This document shows, piece after piece, positions 37,718 to 51,700 of a stretch of 64,000 bases of DNA. The notes beneath the pieces were generated by a model. The model ran no database searches. It had not been told where the DNA came from and worked only from the letters and a program-made list of their open reading frames with translations. The position numbers and the translations under genes were made by a program. Within the stretch, counting starts at the first letter, position 1; every line of letters begins with the position of its first letter. The DNA is from Marsupella aquatica (Eukaryota > Plantae > Marchantiophyta), in assembly GCA_973895155.1 (NCBI GenBank), contig OZ316895.1:20474803-20538802 (forward strand), read 5' to 3'.

Positions 37718-40700
37718 GGCAATGAGCTGGATCCATGACTGCAAAAACAGTGGGGCTAAAGGATCTACAATAGCTCGGGACCAGCAACGAGCTAGGACAG
37801 AGAGACATGCAGGCGACCACTGCAATTAAATTGAAAGGTTAGTTCCAAGCAGTCGAGCTCTCGTCGCATGCAGCCAAAGCTGTAGCGAGGGGACGGGTAA
37901 ACAATCGATAAAATAAATCAGACAATTCACCGAGTTCCCCTTTTTTGCCCCCACAAGGCTTTCCTCACCTGCGAACTGACCCAGTTAATTTACTCGGATT
38001 GGAGGTTGATGCATGAAGCGACAGCCTTGTAAATTAATGCGAGAATTAATTAATGGTAATGGTGGTGACAACTTGACTACCACAACAAGATACCTACCTG
38101 AACATAACTGTCCACTCCTCCTCTGATCTCCAATAAATAAATCACTTTCATGCTCCACAGTCCAGTAGGCAATGGCTTGATCGTTCGTAGTTTGCAGACA
38201 CGATGATTTGCCCGTTGCATTGCCTCATGATGCCTCTTTAAAGATCCAGAGGCACCAGGTTGATCAATGTGTCTGCTATCTAATTTCTGTATCCTATCCT
38301 GTACCTAGAACACTGCCAGCCCATCCTCAGGTGCATAATAATTAATAATATATCGTATTACAATGGACTGGTTGACTCATTGGTGATGAAAGTGGTGGTC
38401 AATTGCATTATATAGCTCAAGTAATTAGTCCGTGTTTAGATGGTCCAGGAAGGACTACTAATAAAGTTTTGTTTAGGGGGGCACTTCAACATATTAACTA
38501 CCACGGGATCATCTCCGTGCTAAACCTGTGCTTTGCTTAGTTGGAGAGATTCTTTTAATAGAATTCATTCATTTCAGGCAATAACGGAAAACAAAGATTG
38601 CGGGCTCTCATCCTTATTACATTAAACTAGTCTGAGTACCCAGACTCCCAATGCCCTTTCTTATTCACACCCAGATTCCCAATACAAAAAAATAAATTAC
38701 CAAAATAATCTATGGCTTCACTTTATAGAGTAGGTCTTAAGGTAGACTTCAATCACAAATGTTAGTATACACATCTCTGGACAATTTTTATTCTCATGTT
38801 AAATTCCACAGAGTCTCCTCGCCTATCTTCAAACCACAGTAATTGTAAGCATTCATAGCTATGAAGGTTGGTATCCATGTCTCCTGCACTAAATTCCAAA
38901 CACAATTGGGGCATCACTACTGGGACGAAATTGAAGCTGGAGGGAGGACAAAAACTACGTTAATGATATTTTATTTTTATTTTAATAAGACATGATATAC
39001 AGTAGATAGGGTAATAGCTTCTCTAATCAATTTTACAGTGGAAGCCATTAGTGGACCATATTAAACACGGAGGTACTGCATTCTCTAAATTCAATTATCG
39101 TTGAGAAGTCATTACTTTGACCAAATTAGAAATGCAAGTGGTGCATTCATGGGGAGGAAAGGTTATGCTTGTGGATTGAACTCCCCTTCATACGTCAGAT
39201 TTCCATCAAACCACACAGCCCCAAGAAAACGAAGACATACTAGGTGGCCCCCACTGAGCTAGACGAGAATCATGAGTACTCTACTGATTTGTTTAATAAT
39301 GGGGGCCAAGGATTCGAGAAAAGAGAAATCCCACAAGGAGAGGACGACGAAACACAAAAACCAGAGCAATATTAATAAGTTCTCTTGGGCACCTGAGGTC
39401 CTCACTTATGTTCTCCCAACCCGCAAATAAATCATAAATCGTTAAGGTTTAGTGAAAGGATTTATAAGAAGACTTCTGAATTTGTATAAAAACATTAGTA
39501 CAATTTGTATCATTATAAAGAAAGATATGGATTTGAAAACATTCCTAAAAAACAAGGGTGTTTATTAATCAAGAATGTACAGTCTTCTGTTCGGACGGCC
39601 CCAAGCTTGTGTCATTTACTCTTTAGAAGATAAATGAACAACCAAACTCATGATGATATCCTTATCATCCGCCACAATCACAACTCAATCTAAGGTAGGA
39701 TGGGCTATAGCGTACACACCTCATAATCTTATATTGTTGGACGAGCCCTGTCCCTGTGGGTTGCATGGCGCAAAGAGGGCTGGCCCACAAGGAGTCGGTC
39801 AGGGGTATTTATGTGGTAGCGTGGAGAAACACATATGCGCCAGGGGTGCCCATTTTTTTCATCAATGATCAGGGAAACAGCCAAACAAATCCAACAGGTG
39901 TGGATCTTTCACACCCAAGAACTTTTTTGTATTGGAAAAAGAACTAAAAAAAAGAGGGATCCCTTATTATAATTTTTAGATGGAATGGAATGACGAAAGG
40001 TTGTGCATATTATATGCAATACTCACTGGAGCTCAACCCAACCCAAATCTGTAGCTGTACGGCCTCGAGGTACTATGAATGACCTCCTCTCAAGAGTTTT
40101 CCCCTCGTAGACATGAAGCCGGGCAGATGTTAGCTCCACTATGTGGTCCATTCTCCTTTCCACGTTAGAGATGGAGCTGCTGCTGCGGCTGCTTCTTGGA
40201 AGATCCATGGTGTACGTTTGAGCTATGATTGAACTCCTCTCACACGTTTCCTCTCATGGAGATGAATCTGGGCCGATGTTGGCTCGACTGTGGTCCAGTC
40301 CTCTTTGGAGATGGAGCTGCTGCTGCTACTTGTTGAAAGATCCTCCTGGAACTGCGCCCTCTCGAGCATGCGTGCACATGCAGTGGGTGGGGACTGTGGT
40401 CCACTTGTTTAGATGGATTGAGGTTGCCATGAGTATTCTCAATGAAGTCTCCATAGATCGCATGACTTCACTCCACGGAGGTGTCCAACTTTTGGGCCCC
40501 TAGTTGCAGTCCATTCGTGACAACTTAAGACCTGATGACGCTCATTACTCAACTCCAATGCCACACAACTAACAAAGGTGAAAAACGTTTGGCGTCAACT
40601 CCGGTGCCTAGATTCGAGACAAGTGACATGCCATAACTTTCCACGCGCAAACTGTTTTCTTATGAGCCCTATGACTGCGCTCTCTGTTTTCAATGAGAAT

Positions 40701-43624
40701 CTGGGCCTAACACATTTGTAATCCTCATCCGATGTAGAGGATGTCCCCCATATTCCACAGATCTCTGAAAACTGATGTCCAGAGGGGATGATACGCAGGC
40801 ACCACTTTTTCCCCACGCGCAAATGAGAAAATCTGTTCATCGCCGATTTCGATTACTTTCCCAGTCCACAGATCCAGTTTAAGATTTCAGATAATGGCGA
40901 GACAAAACAACGAAACTGCTCTGTTTGCGGTATTTCACACTTTTTGGCAATAAAGATTGATCTTCAATGCCAAAAACAGGCATCGAACTGACTGTACCTT
41001 GTGGGCAACGAGAACTCAGTAAAGCTCAATTGATTCGGTGACCAAATTAGTTTGGTGACCAAATTACAGGCTTTTGGTAACTGGTCAAAGGGGTTATTAA
41101 CGTTTATGTTTTGACATGAATACTGGATCTTGTGGAATAAGAACCGTGTCCAATCCCCCAGGAGTTTGGATCTCTGAACTCTTGAACCAGTGAGGAGCAC
41201 GGAGTACTGCTGACATAGTAGAATGAGTGGTATACGAAAAGAAAGTGCCCTTCCGACAAAGGCACATCCACGAAGGCACTGCTAGCGCACCACAGCAGTG
41301 GACAGTTAATAGCTCGACCCCCACGTCGGAAGCTTTTAATTAACGCTGTTGCTTTCCTTGTGGGAGGGACCGGCTAAAGCCCACCTGTACCAGCCTAGAA
41401 AAGGTTTTCCCCTTGTGAAACGAAGGCAATAAATCCTCGAGGTGCGATGGGAAATGAATGACCTGACAACAAACACGCTTTTTACCCGACTCCTGAGAGC
41501 TTTCTCTGTCCTTCTGCACTAAATATTCGTGCCTCAGGGCACAGCGGGATGTGTAATGCTAGGTCATCTGAGCAATAAGGCACATTTCATTGCAGATCAG
41601 CTCTAGGGTTTATTTTTGTCTTGATCCTTGAAGGGAAAGTGTCGACGAGCAAGCTCTGGACATAGTTGTCTCTTCCTCGCTGGGTTTTCCTTGCCTTCAT
41701 CCCTCTTCAGACGATGGTATCACACTAAAAACAATCGGTGAGTTTCAGAGAGTCGTTGTCCGCCAGTCCAGTTCTGACACAAGCCGATTTTTCTGCACTT
41801 TGATATGGACCCACCAACGCTTCTAAACTCGGACTGTTCCATTACTGAAAGAGCGATGGCGTGGATTCATGGATGCCCTTGTGCCCATATCCGCACTAAT
41901 AACCCGGAGCTTCGGATGCGAAACTCAATGACCCGGCCCATCATCAGTTCCCTTTGGGATTCTCATGACACACGTGACAAGCGCTGCCCTGTTAGAATCG
42001 AATCAGGTCCCTGTGATGGAGTTCTGGAAAGCACAGGGTGTCAAATTAAAGGTAGACTCGTTGACTGCCTTGAAAAGTAGCACCCAGGTGAGAAGGACGA
42101 ATCGAGATGTCTGCAGCAGAGGTCGTGTTACTTCTAAACCATACAGCAAAAGGTAATATCTGGCGGTTCTACCTCATCAGGCAATCGTTCCAAATATCTG
42201 GAGTTTCTACCTGATCAGACAATCCTTCCGTTAGGACCACCTGATCTATTGCACCCTAGGAGTTTTAATCATTGTTTGTCTCGCAGTCAAATGCGATGAA
42301 CGACGCTAATCAACTTCGGTAGTAGGCTAAATGCTCTAAACAGCCATTTCCGCTGCAGTCCACACAGAAGAGTGAACACAAAGTACCGAACAGATGAGCG
42401 TTGCCATTCACGTGGTTCTTCCAAACCTCCCGCCCAAGAACGAGGTAAGGGACTCGGCAATCCAGTCATTAGAATGAGAGACAAGGGTGGAAAGTGCGAA
42501 ATTAACAGGGAAATTGCATCCTACAACTGCAGGAATGTCCATGGGTTCGGCCACACAGATAGCCTGGGCCCACCGGCGGCATATCTGAAGGTCTCACTTA
42601 GTCTCTCTCCATTACAATCCTGATACGATGAGTCTTCCTACAACTGAATTTGATCAGATCTATGAACGGGAAGAGGGATAGATCGCGGGAGACCGTTGAA
42701 AATCTGCTGACTGAAGTCCGATTCAATCAGAGTTCTGAAACCTCGTAACAGAATAATGCAGTCAAGCATCCATAGAACAAAGATGTAGAGATGGTTCGTT
42801 TCAATCCTTTGGGCAATCATGCTCGGTTGCACACCAAATAACATTCTAGATGCAACCTTACGCCATATGCCCGGGCGTCAACCGGAATTGCTGTACAAGT
42901 CCGAACAATTTCCAAAAATGTGAACAATTTTCTTGTAATAGACCCTAGAGAATATGGATCATACGAATGCAGATCTCCCTCCTCTCTACCCGCCAACGAC
43001 CCGGTCTACTTTTCAACTTTTCTAGTGTTCCGAACACAGCAATCTTCTGCGGTGTTTGGTAATTCAATCCTGAAAAATGGATCCAGGTGAGTTTTCCAAG
43101 GAAGGCGAACTTGGACTACGGCTATACAAATTGCCATCAACAGTAAGGTTCTGTCGACGATTGAGTTTCCTTTCCTGTGAGTTTCCTGGCAAAGGCATTA
43201 GCGGCTGCCTGGCATCACACAAGGCACAAATGCTCTCCTCTCCCTGTCCTTCATAAATTTTGGATCGTGGCCTTCCACCGGACTGGGAACGACCACCTTT
43301 ATTCTGCTAACAGTCAAAACGCGACAAGGTTAGATATTGGAAGACCGAACAAGTATTAAGCATTGAATCACTCACATTATACAACCTCGTAGGTCTTGAA
43401 TTCACAATTCTCTGGATATCGACCCGGGTCTTATCAGAAAACACGTTGACCTGGTAGTTCCTGGTTTAACGCCAGTCCATTTTGGAGGGAATGCCAGTGT
43501 CTCATCACATGGCAACTGATGCAAGGTCACACAACTCGGGAGATACACACACTACAGACTCTGCTGCGAGTAGCTATGTCGGATGTGAAAGACGTGATGC
43601 ACTACTGACCGTGACACTATCCAT

Positions 43625-46600
43625 TCAGATGAAAGGTTTGGTCCCATGCCATGAAGATGCAAGATTTGCGCAGTGCGGTACACACCCAAAGTTTGAGGAC
43701 TCTGGTGCAATGCCATTAAGATGCAAGATTTGCACAGTGGGGTACACACCCAAAGGTTGAGGACACTTGTGCCATGCATGTAAAGTGTGTGTAAACCTTA
43801 CTCCTTTATTTTGCATGGGAGACTCAGGACCGGCATATCGTCTTAGGAGGACCCTTAGTTCCTTGTTCCAATCGGCTAGCATTTGCACCTGAAGTACCAC
43901 AACAATGCACATGCACATTCCAAATCCAAATCAGGCAGAGCCAGAAAAAGTCCCGTAACTCTCGTCGAGCACCTACCTTAAAGTCAAATAGCTGCAATAC
44001 TATACATGTGCCTACATTTCGCTCCAAGACGCAAGTTACCAAACAGACAGTCCTGCTGTTCATTGCCTTTTACAGAAATCGAAATGCTAGGTTAACATAC
44101 CTCGACTTCAGCTTTGTCAAGGTTGCCTCTACACAGAGCCGCCTCCTGACTCAGTGACTGAGTCTCTTGTAGCAACGCTTGCAATTTCGTCTCTGCAACT
44201 TTAACCCTGCATGCAAAGAACAATAATCTGACTGAAGCTTTACCCAGTAGTTTCACAATGAAGCGGTTATGAAGGAGAGACGTGCAAATTAGTCCATCAA
44301 TGTCTTGGGAGGCCATGATTTTAAACGAAGTCAACGAAAGATGCACAGATCCTCCATCCCGAAGTAAAATCCCATGAGAATGCTACTCGACTGCAATAAT
44401 GTAGGCTAATGACAATTATCTAAAACAATCACTGCCTAATCGAGTCAAATTGCAGGAAATTTGGGCGACAAGGAACCCCTGTGGACGGATGAGTCGAATC
44501 ATGTAGCCATTTATTTAAAACAGCACACACAGGCGCTGCCTGACTGCAAAGAGAATATGATGGCAGATGGATAGATTAATCATCGCAAAAGAAAACGCTT
44601 GGACAGATATAATACCTTTCCCGACTTCCACCAAGCTCAGACTCCATACATCTGAAAATGGACGAGAACTCAAGATTGATGGCATTCAGAGCCTCGTTCT
44701 CTTCTTCTAGAGCTTTAATGATGCCAGAGGTAACTGCTGACGAGACCATTTCATTGACAGCTCGTTCAGCCGCATTGGAAGCAGCTTCTCTATCATATTT
44801 TTCTTGCAGAGAAATTAGTTCCCTGCCGGCTTCCTCACATTTCTGCATGGCAAATCAATAAATGGTCACGCCCACTATGCAAATAGTGGCTTACAAAAGG
44901 GGATGTAGTGACCTTCCATGCTTATAAGTTTGGGCGCAGATAATTGAAGTATACTAACTGGATCACATTAGCCACGGATTTGTGACTGAAGTTACCTCTT
45001 TGGCTTCCAACAAGAGGACCTGTAATGCTGCTTCCTCAGGTAGCGACCTGGATTCGGCAAAGAAAGCACTCATCACTTGGTGTCCCTCGGCACGGAGGAC
45101 CAACACTTCTTCCTGTAGTCTGCAGAACAATCCTTGCTTTAGTGTTTAAACCGATTGCCTTCAACCAAAAACCAATTCCCACGGTGTTTTAGCATTTCAC
45201 TTCACTTTATCAAACATGGGATGCGGACTTGTTTTGTTACAGATTCATCTACGCGCTGAGGGAAATGACTCAATTGTTAATCACTGTCTGAAAACGAAAT
45301 CCGGCAGGCACCTAAAGGATTAGGTTGCCATTTATCCACTCTTGGGCCCTAGAATAATTGATGAAGGACCAACCACGGGACAATAGAGGAATGATCGCAA
45401 GCACTTGTGAGCCTTACTGCGGGCAAATGGGCTCTGAGCAAGTTTTACTACAGATCCCACGAGCATTACTGTTGCTGAAAAATCGATAGGCACGTCGCTG
45501 ATAGTGTTAACATTCGTTCACTCTTCAACTAGGGACACTGCGAAGGTACAGCCCACAATCACAAGGCGTACTTATACAAACCTAGAATTCTGTTCCTCCA
45601 GCTTTGCAATCCGTAACTTCAAGGACGCCACGTACTCGGTGTAGTCCATCTGAACCAGGGCACAGATAGGGCTCAGTACAGTACGAGCAAGATATCAATC
45701 ATTGAACGAAATAGGTCCTGCCTGCCAAGATAGGGACTTCTTGATCTGTGACTCAAGAACGAGATGAGAACATGTGCACAATGGAGTTCCTTTCGAGCCT
45801 TAACACTTATGCAAGCCTCTACGGTACTCGGAGGACCCGTAGAAATCGCAGAATCCTGTCAGCCCTGAAACGACAGGACAACCGTGGAGACATTCATCCT
45901 CAGACGCTTGACTTAAGGAATGCATTTCATTCGCGGTTTCAATTTGCGGAGACAGAAGAAGAGAGAGATTAAAAATATAAATTCATAGTAATTTGACTCC
46001 AATACATTTTCCTGAAGTTGGCGCCGCCTTCATGTCTACTCCTCCTTGAATCGCTGGAAATAAAAAACAACCTCAACACCAATACGAATTTCATAATTCA
46101 AATGTTTGCACATATAAGTATGTCTGAAAGTCTTGCGTCCCACGATTCGTCTGCATTGCACTTGTCCAAAAACAAGAAGCATTCGGCGAGTTCATCAGTC
46201 AAACACGCGCATGCCTGTCCTCCTAATGACAGTAATTGCATTTATGAAGGTCCCTCAAAAGATTATATCCCTACCCTTCATAAAAAGAGAAGGCTGCCAA
46301 AATGGGCAGATGCTTGCGCTCAGTTACAGTTGTGGCGTATGTCTATTACAATTTTATATCGACAAATTTGTGGGTTTATCGAGTCCAGTGTCAGGATGGC
46401 TTGCCGAAAGCAATAGTGTGAGTACAGTGTAAGGACTAACCTCCAATGTAACTCGACCGTCTTGAGCCAACGCTTTTCGAAGCCGCTCCAATTCCTCGAT
46501 CAGCGTTTCATTCTTCCTCTCTGTTTCCTCTGCTTTATCCTCGGCCTCGGCCGCTCTGTCCTCAGCTTCATACGCCGCCTCCATGAACACATCACGATCG

Positions 46601-47050
46601 TTGTGATACAACGCACACTCGTTCTCCAACCTGCTGCACTCCTCTTTCAATGCTCGGTGTTGCTCTGCCAGCTTCTGACTTTCCGCAACCTGCCTCTTCA
46701 GTGCTTGCGCACTCAACACGGCCTCTTCCTGGAGAAACATGCCCAAACTTCAGCTTCAGGACGTTCTGTGACTCTTTAAAACAGACAATGCCCAAACACC
46801 AGATATTCACCGATGTCAACCGATCAAACGAACATACCTTCGATTTGCTGCGCTTGTATTCGAGTTCGCGCAACCGGAGTTGCACGTGCTGCATTTGCAA
46901 AGCAAGATCTCGGTAGGTCTCCTCTGCCTTTGCGAGCTTCTGGTTCAGATGCTCCTCCGAAGCACAGAAGCCGAGCGTATGGAAAATCGACTCCTGCAAG
47001 TATGTATCCAGCTCGGCCGGCAGCGCATATTGGTCGCTCTGGGTTCCCAT
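43625..47050 (-). CDS. Plant-specific coiled-coil protein (resembles the Arabidopsis At1g14680/At4g09060 'early endosome antigen'-annotated family); at least 7 exons
   Basis: Clear GT-AG exons: 46838-47050 (MGTQ..LPAELDTYLQESIFHTLG), 46441-46728 (EEAVLSAQALKRQVAESQKL..ECALYHNDRDVFMEAA), 45582-45649, 44996-45119, 44616-44842, 44101-44206 (LCRGNLDKAEVE) and one starting at 43888 (VQMLADWNKEL). Phases are compatible. Possible small exons in 45800-46300 and the exact 3' end are unresolved. The family assignment is from recalled motif similarity. Confidence 0.8.
43653..43780. repeat. 64-bp imperfect tandem duplication
   Basis: aagatgcaagatttgc.cagtg.ggtacacacccaaag.ttgaggac occurs twice. Confidence 0.85.
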
Positions 47051-47769
47051 CGTTGCATTCACGAAATTCTCACCCGCTGCTATCCCAAGTATCTAACTCC
47101 ACAACCTGTCCGGGAGAGGATCTAAAGGACCCGAATTCCACCACAGCGATATATAGCAGCAGGCCTCACAGATTTCTTGGTAGCACCGAAAGCACAAAGC
47201 AGTTTCGAAGAACCGAAATGTGATCAAATCCATCATCTTGAACCGCTCACGGCTGCATAGTACCGTAGTCTATCCATACGTCACAGTCCCCGCTGATGAT
47301 ATGTCCAGCAAATGTCCATCGTCGTAAAACTCACGATCTTCAAATTTCCATGATCTCTCATTCATTAGTCCTCCATTACGTCCTAGAGCGCGCTCATCGA
47401 CGATATCGCATCATAAACCCACAGCAATGCGGCACAGTTTCTACGCTTCTAAAATTCATCGGAACCAGTTTCTGTAATGCATTGCAACTTACTATTGAGG
47501 CGACCACCGAGGTGTGGGCCAATTCGATCGGCACAGAACAGAGGAGAAGGGCACTGGCGTCAGGTCACGACTCACGACCAAAGCTCGTGAATGGAGTAGA
47601 ATCTGAACGGAACGAAAATTCAAAATCGTAGGGAGGCCTTTGGTCATGCTGCGCATCGTTACTCTTTACAACTCTACCCCATACAGGCGGACCCACTAAC
47701 TCCCCACTACAGTATCAGTGTACGTGTGCGCGTTAGGGTGGTTTACAAGACGTTGGGCCAGCGTACTAT

Positions 47770-47890
47770 GTATCACACTTACTATATATCACACTGCCAA
47801 AAAAAGACAACAGGGGAGACATGACACCAAAGGCAAAAAATAACCCAATAAAGGGGGGAAGTGAAAGGCCCCAAGAAGACCAAAGAGTCT
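47770..47890 (-). mobile_element. Second, very short copy of the CRE-like LINE 3' UTR
   Basis: The reverse complement shares ordered motifs attgggtt..ttgcct..tgtctcc..tgttg..ggcagt.tga.atata with 31970-32040. Confidence 0.5.
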
Positions 47891-48767
47891 CAACAAGTCA
47901 AGGAGCATCCCAAAAAAACTAAAAACTAGCATCCCAAAAAAACTAAAAACTAAAAAACTAAGCTTACTTGGCTGAGCAAATTATCGGGTCAGCCAGTTTT
48001 TCCTTGTTTTGAAACATTACTCAAGGTGGCTACTATTTGACCCTGCATGCAAGTGCATACAAGCATAGGTTTGGCTATGGAGTATGTTTGTTTTCAATTA
48101 TAGAGTACTTTCTTACTATTGGAGAATATTTCCTGGGTAACATTCCCCCATAGTGCATTCAATGGTGGCGAATGAAATAGAAGTTTTTTACATTTCAGCC
48201 TGAGCATCTTTAGCCTGCCTGTTTTTAAAGTAGATGATTGGCTAATTTTTGCCCACAAAAAAATGGCCAAGGGGGTACTCGTTTTAGTAAAGAAGATGGC
48301 CCCAGAACCCATTTGAAATAGTTTTGTACACTATATTGTTCAGAGTATTGTGATCATGTAGTTTAAGTCATAAACCTGGTTTTCAAGGTTTTTCTACTCT
48401 TGCCAGTGACTGAGATCAAGGAAGCCAATATTAAGCCACAGCTCTGCAACTTTTATTTTCACCCAACTTAACAAAATGGGCTACCAATTTGCTGAGAGGT
48501 AGAAGAAAGTTAGAGAAAACCAAGTTTACAAATTGAGCTCAAATCGAGTTAGAGTTAGAGAGTTAAACGTGTTCCAACCTGACCTAAAGCCAACCTTACT
48601 AAGCCGCCCATAAGTAGGCCTACCTTGATTAATCCAACCATACCAAAGGCAACTTTGAAGCCAAGATTAAATTGCAAGCCTGGAACCAGAGGGAGTGAAA
48701 CTGAAGTCTTAACCGAGAAGCCAAAATCAAGCCAAATCCCTAAGATTTTTCATTTAGTACTGAACCA

Positions 48768-51700
48768 TGTAGAGGTTAACTCAGTCTTGGGTTAAACCAT
48801 GGTTAGTATGTTAACTGGGGTTAGAGTAAACCCTAGTTGAAGAGTTGGTCCTTATCTCTTCAACTTCTATGTGGTGTGAGAACACACAAGAGAGTTCTCA
48901 AGAGAGAACACAGGGATATAGCAAGAGATGAGAGCTTGAAGAGATGAGAGCTATGGTGATGCTTGAGTACACACATAACTGCTAATAAAGCTTGGTCTTC
49001 CCGTGGACGTAGCCAACCTTGAGGCGAACCACGTAACTATTGAGCATGTGCATGTTTGGAGTGTTTTTCTTGATCTGATTTTTCCCCACAATTGGTATCA
49101 GAGCTCAGATTTTTTCAGTCGATTAGGAACTCCATAGAACTTGCTTCAAGCAAAGCGAACAGAGGATGATTTCCTCTTCAAAGCGGAGCTATTGGAAGAA
49201 GATCGGACTCAATCTTCTCACAAGTGTGGAGCACACAACCAGGGGCTCATTTCAGTGAAGCAATGAAGGCCTGAGGTCAAAAACGGAAACAATTGTAAGT
49301 GACGGTTTTCAATTTACGTTATCGGGCAAGAGATAAGGTCAATTTCTCAGATCAGTCTTTTTGATTGTTCTATCGGGACTTGAAACTGAGACACGCTTGA
49401 GCGCCTCGTCTTTCTAGACGTTTCGATATCAACATCGCTGGATTTCGTCAAACGGTTGAGAAGTAATCTTAATTTCAATTCTCGTTTTTTTGAGCTCAAA
49501 ATTTTGGCTATGGCGGATAACTTAATATCAGTCACTTTCAACGAATTGTTTCTCCCTCATTACTCCACCGTTTTGCAAGTTCTTTATATCGATCTTGATG
49601 CCCTCGAAGTCTAGTTTCTGAATCTGAAATCAGAATTGGATTTCGTCAAAAACTGAGACGGGAATTTGAGTGAATCCGCCGAGGGGTACTTTCTGCCGCG
49701 AGTAGTCGCGACTTCCGCGGACGCGCGAGGAGGTCGAAAACTTCGAGGAGGCCTTTTAGGGCTCGACAGGGCTCGGGCAGGGGGAAGTGCCCCCTGTGAA
49801 TTTCCCCCACAGGGGCTGTACAAGGGCGGACGGAATTTCCCGAAAATATTCTTTTTCCAGAGGCTTAAATTTTTACCGAAGGTCAAAGATTCCGAGCGGC
49901 AAACAAAATCGAATCAACTTCAACTTTTGGAGAGGTGTACTTGGGAAGCTAGGCAAGCATTGGTGTGCTCAATTTTGGAAACGCATACTATTGGAATCTT
50001 TGGCATGAAAGATTCACTCGAGGGGTATTTATTTCATTTTTTACCCCCCTCCGGTCAGAGTAAAAATTCTCGGCACTCGAGAGTCCGTTTAACAAACCGT
50101 TTTCAGCATTTGGAGCGTTACCTTGTGGGCTACACACAGGAGTGATCAGTTTCACAATTCACCAACTTTCATTTTTGGCCTTATTTTCACACCCCGCATC
50201 TGAGCATTCGACGTTTATTTCTTGTTGGAAGGCAACTCCCCACTACATTTGGCATTCTAGCGATGGCGACTACTAGGATTGGAGGTCAAAGGTTTGAGGT
50301 GGAAAAATTTGATGGTCGGATGGACTATACAATGTGGGAACGTAACGTGAGGGATGCACTTAGGGCGATGGGCCTAGGCAAGGTACTAAGATCTCAACCC
50401 AAGGAGATGGAAGATGATGATTGGCATGATCTTCAGGATCAAGCGGTAAGCATTGTTGGAATGTACCTGAAAAACAATGTGAAGAAGCAGTTCGAGAAAA
50501 AATCAGCACAAACGGTGACGGACTTGTTTCAAGCATTGCGCAACAAGTACTACAAGAAGGAGATGTCAAACCGAATGTATGCAAGCCTGAAGCTCATGCA
50601 ATTCAAAATGGCTGATGGAGTCAAGATTCAAGATCATATCGATCAGTTCAATGATCTTGTGGTTGACCTAGAGAATTTGGGGGAGCATTTGAGCGAAGAA
50701 AAGAAAGCCTTACAACTCTTGAGCTCACTACCACCTTCGTACCAATCTTTGTCTCGAGTTCTTCTATTCCGTGATAAGACAACTATATCCTACAATGATG
50801 TGGTGAGTGCCCTGTTGACCGATGACATACAGTCTAAGTTGGTTTCTTCAGCTCATCCTACCTCAACCTCATCATCAACAGCACTAATGGTAGAAAGAGG
50901 CAAATCAAGGGAGCCATCTCATGAAAACAAAAGGTTTAACCCACTTCCCATGGAGCGAGGAAGGTTCCACGACCGATCTTTTTGTAGGAGGAGGTTTAGA
51001 TCCAAATCTAGATCTCGATCCAAATCACCATCCAAGTCTACTCGTGAGATAAAGTGTTGGAAGTGTGATAAAGTGGGCCACATGAAGAAGGATTGTCGCG
51101 TCAAAGACACATTCAAGGAAGTTGTCGGTTCTTCAGCCCAAGTAGTTGTTCGAGAAGAGGATAGTGAAGGATTTGCATTGTGTACCACTTCCCAAGTTGA
51201 GGATTGTCAATGGATTTTGGATTCCGCTTGCTCGTATCACATGTGTTATATGCGTGAATTTTTCTCATCCTACACTCCTATCAACGGATGTGTTTTGATG
51301 GGAAATAATCATTCTTGCAAAGTTTTAGGGATTGGATCCGTAAAGATTCAACTACCTGGTGGCAAGTACTGTACTCTATCAAATGTCAGACACATTCCAG
51401 AAATGTGTAAGAATTTGATTTCTCTTGGCTACTTGGATGCGAAGGGTTATCAATGGAGTGCAACTGATGGGGTGTTAACAGTCACGCATGGATCAACTGA
51501 AGTTCTTATTGGCAAGAGGAAAAGAACCATCTATGTCTTGGAAGGCACCACCCTTCCTGCCGAAATCAATTTGGTCACATCTCAGGAGGAGAAAATCAAT
51601 TTATGGCATGCTCGGCTTGGTCACATGAATGAAAAAAGTTTGGAAATTTTACACAAGCGACATCTCCTACCAGGATTGCAAGCATGCAAGTTGAGTTTTT

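Noticed and set aside
37494-37820. 108-aa ORF with an LSLSLS run
   Set aside because: It is produced by the (CT)n microsatellite and a GTG start, with no recognisable domain.
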